This document shows, in pieces, positions 14,304-23,347 of a stretch of DNA of 32,000 nucleotides (position 1 is the first letter of the stretch; each line of letters begins with the position of its first letter). This DNA comes from Ramlibacter sp. (GTDB lineage: Bacteria > Pseudomonadota > Gammaproteobacteria > Burkholderiales > Burkholderiaceae_C), in assembly GCF_035548915.1 (NCBI RefSeq), contig NZ_DASZSE010000028.1, forward strand, positions 65,223 through 97,222, given 5' to 3'. Under the pieces are notes generated by a model. The model searched no databases and was not told the DNA's origin. It saw nothing but the letters and a program-made list of their open reading frames with translations. The position numbers and the translations under genes were made by a program.

Positions 14304-14966
14304 GTGACGCAGGCCAGGCACATCGCTGCATTGGCATGTCTGCTCGCCTCGGGCGCGCAGGATGGCGCATGGGCGCAAGCCGGCATCTACACTTGCATCG
14401 ACGCGAAGGGCCACCGGCTGACGTCGGACCGGCCGATCGTCGAATGCATCGATCGCGAGCAAAAGGAGCTCACTCCGACCGGCACCGTGAAGCGCGTGCT
14501 CAAGCCCACGCTCAGCGCCGAGGAGCAGGCGATGGAGGACGAGAAGAATCGCAAGCTCGCCGAGGAACGGGCGCATGAAGCCGACGAGCGCAAGCGCGAC
14601 CGCGCGATGATGTCGCGCTATCCCGACAAGGCTTCGCACGACAAGGAACGATCCGACGCGCTGGCCGCGGTGCAGGAGGTGATTGCCGCGGCGAACAAGC
14701 GCATCGCGGAGCTGGAGGATCAGCGCAGGAAGCTCGAATCCGAAACGGAGTTCTACCACGGCGACCCGGCGAAGATGCCACCGATCCTGAAGCGCCAGAT
14801 CGACCAGAACCAGCAGACGCTCGAGGCGCAAAGGCGCTTCATCTCCAACCAGGAAATGGAAAAGCAGCGCGTGAACCAGCGCTTCGACGAGGAACTCGCG
14901 AAGCTGCAGCGCCTCTGGGCCGAGCAGAAGGCCGCGGCGGCGGCGCGGGCGGCGAAGACTCCTTAG
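14304..14966 (+). CDS. DUF4124-domain secreted/periplasmic coiled-coil protein (220 aa)
   Basis: ORF track 14304..14966(+), with a GTG start. It has a signal-like N-terminus (HIAALACLLASGAQDGAWA), a DUF4124-type motif (IYTCIDAKGHRLTSDRP) and then a long charged coiled-coil segment. Confidence 0.72.
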   Translation: MTQARHIAALACLLASGAQDGAWAQAGIYTCIDAKGHRLTSDRPIVECIDREQKELTPTGTVKRVLKPTLSAEEQAMEDEKNRKLAEERAHEADERKRDRAMMSRYPDKASHDKERSDALAAVQEVIAAANKRIAELEDQRRKLESETEFYHGDPAKMPPILKRQIDQNQQTLEAQRRFISNQEMEKQRVNQRFDEELAKLQRLWAEQKAAAAARAAKTP

Positions 14967-14987
14967 GGAGCCCGCGGGGCCCGCCCC

Positions 14988-16454
14988 TTACGGCATGCCC
15001 AGCTTCCTGCGCAGCAGCTCGCCCACCTGCTGCGGATTCGCCTTGCCCTTGGTCGCCTTCATCGCCTGGCCCACGAGCGCGTTGAACGCCTTGTCCTTGC
15101 CGGCGCGAACCTGCTCCACGTTCGCGGCGTTGCTGGCGATCACGTCATCGACGATCTTCTCCAGCTCGCCGCTGTCGGACATCTGCTTCAGGCCCTTCGC
15201 CTCGATGATCGCATCGACGTCCGAACCCTCACCCGTCCACAACGCGTCGAAGACCTGCCTCGCGGCGTTGTTGGAGACGGTGCCGTCGTGGATGCGCCCG
15301 AGAAGCGCGGCAAGCATCTGCGGCTGCACGGGCGCGGCTTCGATGCCGATCTCCTGGGCGTTCAGCCGCCGGGACACCTCGCCCATGATCCAGTTGCTCG
15401 CGAGCTTCGCCTGCCCGCTCGCCTTCGCGGCCGCTTCGAAGTACGCCCCCATCGCCTTGCTCTGCGTGAGCGTCGTCGCGTCGTACTCCGGCAGGCCGTA
15501 GTCCTTCACGAAGCGCGAGGCCATCGCACGCGGCAGCTCGGGCATTTCGCTGCGCACGACGTCCACCCACGAGTCGGGGATCACGAGCGGCGGCAGATCC
15601 GGATCGGGAAAATAGCGGTAGTCCGCCGCGTCTTCCTTCGTGCGCATCGCGCGCGTCTCGCCGGTGCCGGGATCGAAGAGCACCGTCGCCTGCTCGATCG
15701 CGCGGCCATCTTCCAGCTCCCCGATCTGCCAGCGGACTTCGTAGTCGATCGCCTGCTGCATGAACTTGAAGCTGTTGAGGTTCTTGATCTCGCGGCGCGT
15801 GCCGAGCGGCTCGCCGGGCTTGCGCACCGACACGTTCGCATCGCACCGGAACGACCCTTCCTGCATGTTGCCGTCGCAGATGCCGATCCAGGTGACGATC
15901 TTGTGCAGCTCCTTCGCGTACGCCACCGCCTCGTCGGACGAACGCATGTCGGGCTCGGTCACGATCTCCAGCAGCGGCGTGCCCGCGCGGTTCAGGTCGA
16001 TGCCGGAAAGCCCGACGAAGTCCTCGTGCAGCGACTTGCCCGCGTCTTCCTCGAGGTGCGCGCGCACGAGGCGCACGGTCTTTTTCTCGTCGCCGAGGAA
16101 GAACGCGATTTCGCCGCCCTGCACCACCGGAATCTCGTACTGGCTGATCTGGTAGCCCTTGGGCAAGTCCGGGTAAAAATAATTCTTGCGCGCGAAGATC
16201 GAGCGCGGCGCGATGCGCGCGCCTATCGCGAGCCCGAAGCGGATCGCGCGTTCGACCGCGCCCTTGTTCATCACCGGCAGCGTGCCGGGCAGCGCGAGGT
16301 CCACCGCGCAGGCCTGGGTGTTCGGCTCGGCGCCGAACGCGGTGGCGGCGCGCGAGAAGATCTTCGAATGCGTCGAAAGTTGCGTATGCGTCTCGAAGCC
16401 GATCACGACTTCCCAGCCGTGGACCAACCGGCTGCTGCTCGCGCCGGCCTTCAC
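14988..16454 (-). CDS. gatB: Asp-tRNA(Asn)/Glu-tRNA(Gln) amidotransferase subunit B
   Basis: This is the C-terminal part of ORF 14988..17489(-). Motifs: [30 protein letters not shown], and a C-terminal YqeY-like tail. The start is either a GTG at 16454 overlapping the gatA stop (GTGA) or a TTG at 16427, so it is uncertain by 27 nt. Confidence 0.9.
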   Translation of the reverse strand: MKAGASSSRLVHGWEVVIGFETHTQLSTHSKIFSRAATAFGAEPNTQACAVDLALPGTLPVMNKGAVERAIRFGLAIGARIAPRSIFARKNYFYPDLPKGYQISQYEIPVVQGGEIAFFLGDEKKTVRLVRAHLEEDAGKSLHEDFVGLSGIDLNRAGTPLLEIVTEPDMRSSDEAVAYAKELHKIVTWIGICDGNMQEGSFRCDANVSVRKPGEPLGTRREIKNLNSFKFMQQAIDYEVRWQIGELEDGRAIEQATVLFDPGTGETRAMRTKEDAADYRYFPDPDLPPLVIPDSWVDVVRSEMPELPRAMASRFVKDYGLPEYDATTLTQSKAMGAYFEAAAKASGQAKLASNWIMGEVSRRLNAQEIGIEAAPVQPQMLAALLGRIHDGTVSNNAARQVFDALWTGEGSDVDAIIEAKGLKQMSDSGELEKIVDDVIASNAANVEQVRAGKDKAFNALVGQAMKATKGKANPQQVGELLRRKLGMP

Positions 16455-17917
16455 AGCGCGCCCTCCGGCTTGCGAAGGTGAAAGTCGGTCGCCTGCTGAA
16501 ACCTGTGCGCGGCATTCAGGAGTTTCGCTTCGCCGAAGTAGTTGCCGAGCAACTGCATGCCCACAGGCATGCCCGCCGCGCCGAAACCACAGGGGATGCT
16601 CATGCCCGGCAGCCCCGCGAGCGAGCCGGGCAGCGTGAAGATGTCGGCGAGGTAGTCGGCAAGCGGATCGCTGCCATGCGCGCCCAGGTGCCACGCGACG
16701 CTCGGCGCGACCGGCCCCGCGATCACGTCGCATTCCTTGAATGCCTGCTGGAAATCGTCGGCGATCATGCGGCGAATCTTCTGCGCCTGCAGGTAGTACG
16801 CGTCGTAGTAGCCATGCGAGAGCACGTAGGTGCCGATCATGATGCGGCGCTTCACTTCGTCGCCGAAGCCTTGCGCTCGCGTCTTCTTGTACATGTCGAG
16901 GAGATCGACGTAGTCCTTCGCGCGATGCCCGTACTTCACGCCGTCGAAACGCGCGAGGTTGGAACTGGCTTCCGCCGGGGCGATGATGTAGTACACGGGG
17001 ATCGCAAGCTGCGTGCGCGGCAGCGTCACGTCCACGATCTTCGCGCCCAGCTTCACGAATTGCTCGAGCGCCTCCTCGATCGCGCGGCGCACGTCGTCGC
17101 CCAGGCCCTCGCCGAAGAATTCCTTCGGCAAGCCGATGCGAAGGCCCTCGATGGACTCGTCGAGCTTGCGCGTGAAGTCCTCGGGGGGCATGTCGAGGGA
17201 CGTCGAGTCGCGATCCGGGTCGGGACCGCACATCGCCGACAGCAGCAGCGCGCAGTCTTCCGCGCTGCGCGCCATCGGGCCCGCCTGGTCGAGCGAGGAC
17301 GCGAACGCGATCATCCCGTAGCGCGACGCGCGGCCGTACGTGGGCTTGATGCCCGTCACGCCGCAAAACGATGCGGGCTGGCGGATCGAGCCGCCTGTGT
17401 CGGTGCCCGTCGACGCGGGCACGATGCGCGCGGCCACGGCCACCGCGCTGCCGCCCGAAGACCCACCCGGAACCCGCGACACGTCCCACGGATTCTTCAC
17501 GGGCCGATAGGCGGAATTCTCGTTCGACGAGCCCATCGCGAACTCGTCGCAGTTGACTTTGCCGACGGTGACCATCCCGGCCTGCGCGAGCTTCGCGACC
17601 ACCGTCGCGTCGAAAGGCGAGCGATAGTCCTGAAGCATCTTCGAGCCGGCCGTGCTCGCGAACGCCTTCGTGACGAAGATGTCCTTGTGCGCGACCGGGA
17701 TGCCGGCGAGCAGCGAGTCGTCGCCCGCGGCGATGCGCTCGTCGGCGGCCTGCGCTTGGCGCAGCGTCTCGAGCGTGTCGGTGGCGAGGAAGGCCCCCAG
17801 CTTGCCGTGCTCCTCGATGCGGTCCATGCTGTGCTGCGCGAGCTCCACGGCGGAGACCACCTTGGTGCGCAGCTTGCGAGCGAGCTCGGTGATCGAAAGG
17901 TCGTGCAATGCGGTCAT
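16451..17917 (-). CDS. gatA: Asp-tRNA(Asn)/Glu-tRNA(Gln) amidotransferase subunit A (488 aa)
   Basis: The real start is Met35 of ORF 16451..18019(-), giving [13 protein letters not shown]. The amidase signature [13 protein letters not shown]...[12 protein letters not shown] is present. Confidence 0.93.
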   Translation of the reverse strand: MTALHDLSITELARKLRTKVVSAVELAQHSMDRIEEHGKLGAFLATDTLETLRQAQAADERIAAGDDSLLAGIPVAHKDIFVTKAFASTAGSKMLQDYRSPFDATVVAKLAQAGMVTVGKVNCDEFAMGSSNENSAYRPVKNPWDVSRVPGGSSGGSAVAVAARIVPASTGTDTGGSIRQPASFCGVTGIKPTYGRASRYGMIAFASSLDQAGPMARSAEDCALLLSAMCGPDPDRDSTSLDMPPEDFTRKLDESIEGLRIGLPKEFFGEGLGDDVRRAIEEALEQFVKLGAKIVDVTLPRTQLAIPVYYIIAPAEASSNLARFDGVKYGHRAKDYVDLLDMYKKTRAQGFGDEVKRRIMIGTYVLSHGYYDAYYLQAQKIRRMIADDFQQAFKECDVIAGPVAPSVAWHLGAHGSDPLADYLADIFTLPGSLAGLPGMSIPCGFGAAGMPVGMQLLGNYFGEAKLLNAAHRFQQATDFHLRKPEGAL

Positions 17918-17952
17918 CGAGCCCCCACGCTTGTCACTGCGTGTACTGCGCT

Positions 17953-17967
17953 GCCCCCCGAGGGGGC
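17953..17967. repeat. G/C hairpin GCCCCCCGAGGGGGC in the 79-nt gatC-gatA spacer; shares a 13-nt core with the left arm of the 6707..6788 palindrome
   Basis: Read directly. CCCCCCGAGGGGG occurs here and at about 6724..6736. Confidence 0.4.
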
Positions 17968-17996
17968 CTTCGCATCTTGAAGCGGCTCTGCGATGC

Positions 17997-18296
17997 TCAT
18001 TCAATGACCTTCGGCACAAGAAACAGCCCGCGCTCCACCGCGGGCGCGCTTTGCTGGTTGGCTTCGCGCTGGTTCGTCTCGCTCACGGCGTCTTCGCGCA
18101 GGCGCAGGTGAACGTCCATGAGCGCGGCCACGGGATGGGTGAGGGGCTCCACGCCCTTCGTGTCCACCGCGCGCATCTGCTCGACGATGTCGAAGAAGCC
18201 GTTGATCTGGGCGAGGAGCCGCTCGCGCTCGAGCGGCTTCAGTTCGAGCCGGGCGAGGTGAGCGATCCGCTCGATGTCTTCGGAGTTGAGGGACAT
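17997..18296 (-). CDS. gatC: Asp-tRNA(Asn)/Glu-tRNA(Gln) amidotransferase subunit C (99 aa)
   Basis: ORF track 17997..18296(-). The sequence [12 protein letters not shown]...[12 protein letters not shown] is typical of GatC, and the gene is first in a gatCAB order. Confidence 0.93.
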   Translation of the reverse strand: MSLNSEDIERIAHLARLELKPLERERLLAQINGFFDIVEQMRAVDTKGVEPLTHPVAALMDVHLRLREDAVSETNQREANQQSAPAVERGLFLVPKVIE

Positions 18297-18305
18297 GAGG
18301 TGTAA

Positions 18306-19469
<1,164 letters not shown>

Positions 19470-19477
19470 CGCCAAGG

Positions 19478-19505
19478 CTCCCTCTCCCGCAAGCGGGAGA
19501 GGGAG
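19478..19505 (+). terminator. perfect 13-bp-stem hairpin (CTCCCTCTCCCGC aa GCGGGAGAGGGAG) between mreB and mreC; candidate attenuator, mRNA stabiliser or RBS-occluding structure
   Basis: Read directly. It starts 9 nt after the mreB stop, has no U-tract, and its purine-rich 3' arm ends 12 nt before the mreC ATG. Confidence 0.45.
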
Positions 19506-19517
19506 CAAAATCGCAAG

Positions 19518-20441
19518 ATGCCTCTCGGCACCCTCGACCGCACGCCGCCCCCCTTCTTCAAGCAGGGCCCCTCGGCACTGTCCAAGCTGATGGTGTGCAG
19601 CGCGCTCGCGCTCTTTCTCATGGTGGCCGATGCGCGGTTTCGCATCACGCAGCCGCTGCGCGCGGCAGTCGCGACGGTGCTCTACCCCGTGCAATGGGTC
19701 GCGATGCGGCCGGTGTTCGCCGCGCGTATCGCATCCGACTACTTCGAGGCCCTCTCTTCCGCGCAGGCCCGCGAACAGGAAGCGCGCAAGCGTCTTGCCG
19801 AACAGTCGCTGCGCGCCGTGCAGACGCAGCAGCTCGCGCTCGAAAACCAGCAGCTGCGCAAACTGCTGGGCTTGCGCGAGCGCATCACGACGCCCAGCCA
19901 GGCGGCCGAGGTGCTCTACGAGGCGGCCGATCCGTACACGCGCAAGGTGATCATCGACAAGGGGCTCACCTCGGGCGTGGTCGCGGGCTCGCCGGTGATC
20001 GACGAGTCGGGCGTGCTCGGGCAGGTGACGCGCGTGGACCCGCTCGTGAGCGAGGTGACGCTCGTCACCGACCGCGACCAGGCGATCCCCGTTCTCAACA
20101 CGCGCACCGGCTCGCGCGGCGTCGCCTATGGCGACCCGCACGAAGGCGGGCTCGAGCTGCGCTACATGGCCGCCAATGCCGACGTGCAGGCGGGAGACCT
20201 CCTCACCACGAGCGGCGTGGACGCCGTGTACCCGGCCGGCATTCCGATCGCGAAAGTGGTGAAGGTCGAAAAGCGCCCCGACTCCGCTTTCGCGCACATC
20301 GTCTGCCGGCCCGAGGGCGCGGTGGACAGCGCGCGGCACGTGATGGTGGTGAAGCCGATCTCTTCGCAGTTGCCGCCCCGTCCGGCGGCGCCGGAGGACG
20401 CGACGGCCGCCGCGAGGAAGGAAAAGGGCTTGCGCAAATGA
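19518..20441 (+). CDS. mreC: rod shape-determining protein MreC (307 aa)
   Basis: ORF track 19518..20441(+). It has an N-terminal TM helix, a coiled coil (LALENQQLRKLL), then the MreC beta-domain (GSPVIDESGVLGQVTRV...LVTDRDQAIPV). Its position follows mreB. Confidence 0.9.
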   Translation: MPLGTLDRTPPPFFKQGPSALSKLMVCSALALFLMVADARFRITQPLRAAVATVLYPVQWVAMRPVFAARIASDYFEALSSAQAREQEARKRLAEQSLRAVQTQQLALENQQLRKLLGLRERITTPSQAAEVLYEAADPYTRKVIIDKGLTSGVVAGSPVIDESGVLGQVTRVDPLVSEVTLVTDRDQAIPVLNTRTGSRGVAYGDPHEGGLELRYMAANADVQAGDLLTTSGVDAVYPAGIPIAKVVKVEKRPDSAFAHIVCRPEGAVDSARHVMVVKPISSQLPPRPAAPEDATAAARKEKGLRK

Positions 20442-20478
20442 ATTTCCCGCTCGTTGCGGCCAGCTCCCGGAGGCCCCG

Positions 20479-20997
20479 ATGATCATGCGCCCGGGCCAGC
20501 CGCTGCTGCTGCCGGCCAACCCCTTCTTCATCTGGTTCAGCCTGCTCGCGGCGCTTCTCATCAACATGCTGCCGCTCGGGCGAATCCCCTGGCGGCCGGA
20601 CGTCGTGGCCGTCGTGCTCGTGTTCTGGAGCGTGCACCAGCCGCTGCGCATCGGCATCAGCACGGCCTTCCTGTTCGGTCTTGCGATGGACGTGCACCAG
20701 GCCGCGCTCCTCGGGCAGCACGCGCTCGCATACACCGCCCTCACGTATTTCGCGATCACGATCCACCGCCGCCTGCTCTGGTTCAAGGTGCCTTCGCAGG
20801 CGGTGCAGGTGCTGCCGCTCTTCGCGGCATCGCACGCCATCGAGCTCGCGCTGCGCATGGTGGCCGGCGGCGCCTTTCCGGGCCCGCAGATCGTCCTGGC
20901 TCCCGTGATCGAGGCCATCCTGTGGCCGATCGTCACGATCGTCCTGCTCGCGCCTCAGCGCAGGGCGCCCGATCCGGACGAGAATAGACCGCTGTGA
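20479..20997 (+). CDS. mreD: rod shape-determining protein MreD (172 aa)
   Basis: ORF track 20479..20997(+). It is a small polytopic membrane protein in the canonical position. Its stop overlaps the mrdA GTG start (GTGA). Confidence 0.85.
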   Translation: MIMRPGQPLLLPANPFFIWFSLLAALLINMLPLGRIPWRPDVVAVVLVFWSVHQPLRIGISTAFLFGLAMDVHQAALLGQHALAYTALTYFAITIHRRLLWFKVPSQAVQVLPLFAASHAIELALRMVAGGAFPGPQIVLAPVIEAILWPIVTIVLLAPQRRAPDPDENRPL

Positions 20998-23054
20998 CCG
21001 AGCTGCGCAACGTCGAGCAGGATCTCTCGCGTTTTCGCGCGCGGGTGCTCGCGGCCAGCCTCGCGGTGCTGGTGTGCTTCCTGCTTCTTGTTTCGCGCCT
21101 CGTGTGGCTGCAGGTGTTTCGCCATCAGGAATTCGCCGAGCAGGCGGAGAACAACCGGATCGCGATCGTGCCGATCGTGCCCAACCGCGGCCTCATCCTC
21201 GACCGCAACGGCATCGTGCTCGCGAGCAACTATTCGGCGTACACGCTGGAGATCACGCCCTCGCGCGTGGACCGGGCTCTGGACACGGTGGTCGACGACC
21301 TGGAGAAGGTGATCGAGATCACGCCGCGCGACCGCCGCCGCTTCAAGAAGCTGCTGGAAGAAAGCAAGAGCGTCGACTCGATTCCCGTGCGCACCAAGCT
21401 CACGGATGAGGAAGTCGCCAAGTTCGCGGCGCAGCGCTTCCGCTTCCCGGGCGTGGACATCAAGGCGCGCCTGTTTCGCAGCTACCCGTGGGGCGAGCTC
21501 GCGAGCCACGTGATCGGCTACATCGGCCGCATCAACCAGGCCGAGAAGGAGCAGATCGAGGAGTGGCCCGAGGACGAGCAGGCCAACTACCGCGGCACCG
21601 AATACATCGGCAAGCTCGGCGTCGAGGCGAGCTTCGAGTCGACGCTGCACGGCGTGACGGGCGTGGAGCAGGTGGAAACCTCCGCCGGGGGGCGCGCCGT
21701 GCGCCGGCTCGGCTCGAGCCCGGCCACGCCCGGCAACACGGTGAAGCTGTCGATCGACATCAAGCTGCAAAAGCTGATCGAGGACCTCTACGGCGACCGG
21801 CGCGGCGCGCTCGTCGCCATCGCGCCCAAGACGGGCGAGATCCTCGCTTTCGTGAGCAAGCCCACGTTCGATCCGAACCTCTTCGTGGACGGCATCGACA
21901 CGGAAAACTGGCAGGCGCTCAACGAGTCGATCGACAAGCCGCTGCTCAACCGCGCATTGCGCGGCACCTACCCCCCCGGCTCGACGTACAAGCCGTACAT
22001 GGCGCTGATCGCGCTCGAGACGGGCAAGCGCACGCCGCAGCAGACGATCAACGATCCGGGCTACTTCTGGTTCGGCAACCACCAGTTTCGCGACGACAAG
22101 GTGGGCGGCCACGGCGTGGTCGACATGTACAAGTCGATCGTGGCGTCGTGCGACACCTACTACTTCATGCTCGCCAACGACCTGGGCGTGGACACGATTC
22201 ACGATTACATGGACAAGTTCGGTTTCGGCGAGCTGACCGGCATCGACATCGCGGGCGAATCGAAGGGGCTGCTGCCGTCCACGGCGTGGAAGCGCGCCGC
22301 GTATCGCAAGCCCGAGCAGCAGAAGTGGTATGCGGGCGAGACGATCTCGCTTGGCATCGGCCAGGGCTACAACAACTTCACCATCCTGCAGCTCGCAAGC
22401 GCCGTGTCGATGCTCGCGCACGACGGCGTGCGGATGAAGCCGCACCTCGTGAGCGACATCACCGACATCACGACGAAGGAAAACCGCCACATCGAGCCGC
22501 AGGTGATTTCCAAGCTCGACGTGAAGCCCGAAAACCTCGCCTTCGTGAAGAAGGCGATGGTGGGCGTGAACGTGGAGGGCACGTCGGCTTCCGCATTCAA
22601 GGGCGCACCCTATTCGAGCGGCGGCAAGACCGGCACGGCGCAGGTGGTGGGCATCGCGCAGGGCAGCAAGTACAACGCGTCGCAGGTGGACGAGCGGCAT
22701 CGCGACCACGCGCTCTTCATCGCGTACGCGCCCGCGGACGATCCGAAGATCGCGGTGGCGCTCGTGGTGGAGAACGCGGGCTTCGGCGCCGCGAACGCCG
22801 CGCCGATCGCGCGGCGCGCGATCGACTACTGGCTGCTCGGCCAGTATCCGAGCGAGGAAGACATCGCGGCCGTGCAGAAGGGCCAGGCGACGGCGCCGAT
22901 CGGCACGCCGCGCAACGCGAGCGACGTGCCGCTCGCGCCGAAAGGCGGCCCGGGCGGCGCGACGGGCGTGCCCGCGCTGCCGGCTTCGGCGGCGGCGGTG
23001 GCGGCGGTGGCGGCGGTGGAAAGCGCTGCGAGGCCCATGGCGCAGACCCGGTGA
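20994..23054 (+). CDS. mrdA: penicillin-binding protein 2 (elongasome transpeptidase), 686 aa with an extended low-complexity C-terminal tail
   Basis: ORF track 20994..23054(+). It has an N-terminal TM helix, and the motifs PNRGLILDRNG, active-site STYKP, SCD (SxN-type) and KTGTAQ are present. The last roughly 60 residues are G/P/A-rich. Confidence 0.92.
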   Translation: MTELRNVEQDLSRFRARVLAASLAVLVCFLLLVSRLVWLQVFRHQEFAEQAENNRIAIVPIVPNRGLILDRNGIVLASNYSAYTLEITPSRVDRALDTVVDDLEKVIEITPRDRRRFKKLLEESKSVDSIPVRTKLTDEEVAKFAAQRFRFPGVDIKARLFRSYPWGELASHVIGYIGRINQAEKEQIEEWPEDEQANYRGTEYIGKLGVEASFESTLHGVTGVEQVETSAGGRAVRRLGSSPATPGNTVKLSIDIKLQKLIEDLYGDRRGALVAIAPKTGEILAFVSKPTFDPNLFVDGIDTENWQALNESIDKPLLNRALRGTYPPGSTYKPYMALIALETGKRTPQQTINDPGYFWFGNHQFRDDKVGGHGVVDMYKSIVASCDTYYFMLANDLGVDTIHDYMDKFGFGELTGIDIAGESKGLLPSTAWKRAAYRKPEQQKWYAGETISLGIGQGYNNFTILQLASAVSMLAHDGVRMKPHLVSDITDITTKENRHIEPQVISKLDVKPENLAFVKKAMVGVNVEGTSASAFKGAPYSSGGKTGTAQVVGIAQGSKYNASQVDERHRDHALFIAYAPADDPKIAVALVVENAGFGAANAAPIARRAIDYWLLGQYPSEEDIAAVQKGQATAPIGTPRNASDVPLAPKGGPGGATGVPALPASAAAVAAVAAVESAARPMAQTR
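22992..23018 (+). repeat. in-frame 9-bp tandem repeat (GCGGCGGTG x3) encoding AAVAAVAAV in the PBP2 tail
   Basis: Read directly from ggcGGCGGCGGTGGCGGCGGTGGCGGCGGTGga. Confidence 0.7.
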
Positions 23055-23074
23055 CTGGCTGCACAATTCGCCGC

Positions 23075-23347
23075 ATGATCGATCTCCCCAAGGACACCCG
23101 GCAGCAGGCGGTCTCCTCCATCGAGCGGTACTTCCGCGAGAACATGGACGAGCGGATCGGCAACGTGGCCGCGGCCGGGCTGCTCGGCTTTTTCCTCGAA
23201 GAGATCGCACCCGCGATCTACAACCAGGCGGTACGCGACGTGCAGGAGAAGTGGCGCTTTCGCGTGGACGAGCTCGACTGCGAAGTGCACGAGGAGGAGT
23301 TCCAGTACTGGAGAAAATTCGACAAGGCGCCGGGGCGGCGCCGATGA
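23075..23347 (+). CDS. DUF2164-domain protein (90 aa)
   Basis: This is the last 91 codons of ORF 21488..23347(+), beginning MIDLPKDTRQQAVSSIERYFRENMDERIGNVAAAGLLGFFLEEIAPAIYNQAV. That matches my memory of the DUF2164 pattern (..L...I..YF.E.....IG......LLDFF..EIGP..YN.A). The stop overlaps the next gene's ATG (ATGA). Confidence 0.7.
   Translation: MIDLPKDTRQQAVSSIERYFRENMDERIGNVAAAGLLGFFLEEIAPAIYNQAVRDVQEKWRFRVDELDCEVHEEEFQYWRKFDKAPGRRR

Noticed and set aside
22717-23163. Minus-strand ORF encoding a poly-proline run (PPPPPPPPPPPKP).
   Set aside because: It is the antisense reading of the GCG/GTG tandem repeat in the PBP2 tail, and the rest of the ORF is Arg/Ser/Ala-rich shadow sequence.
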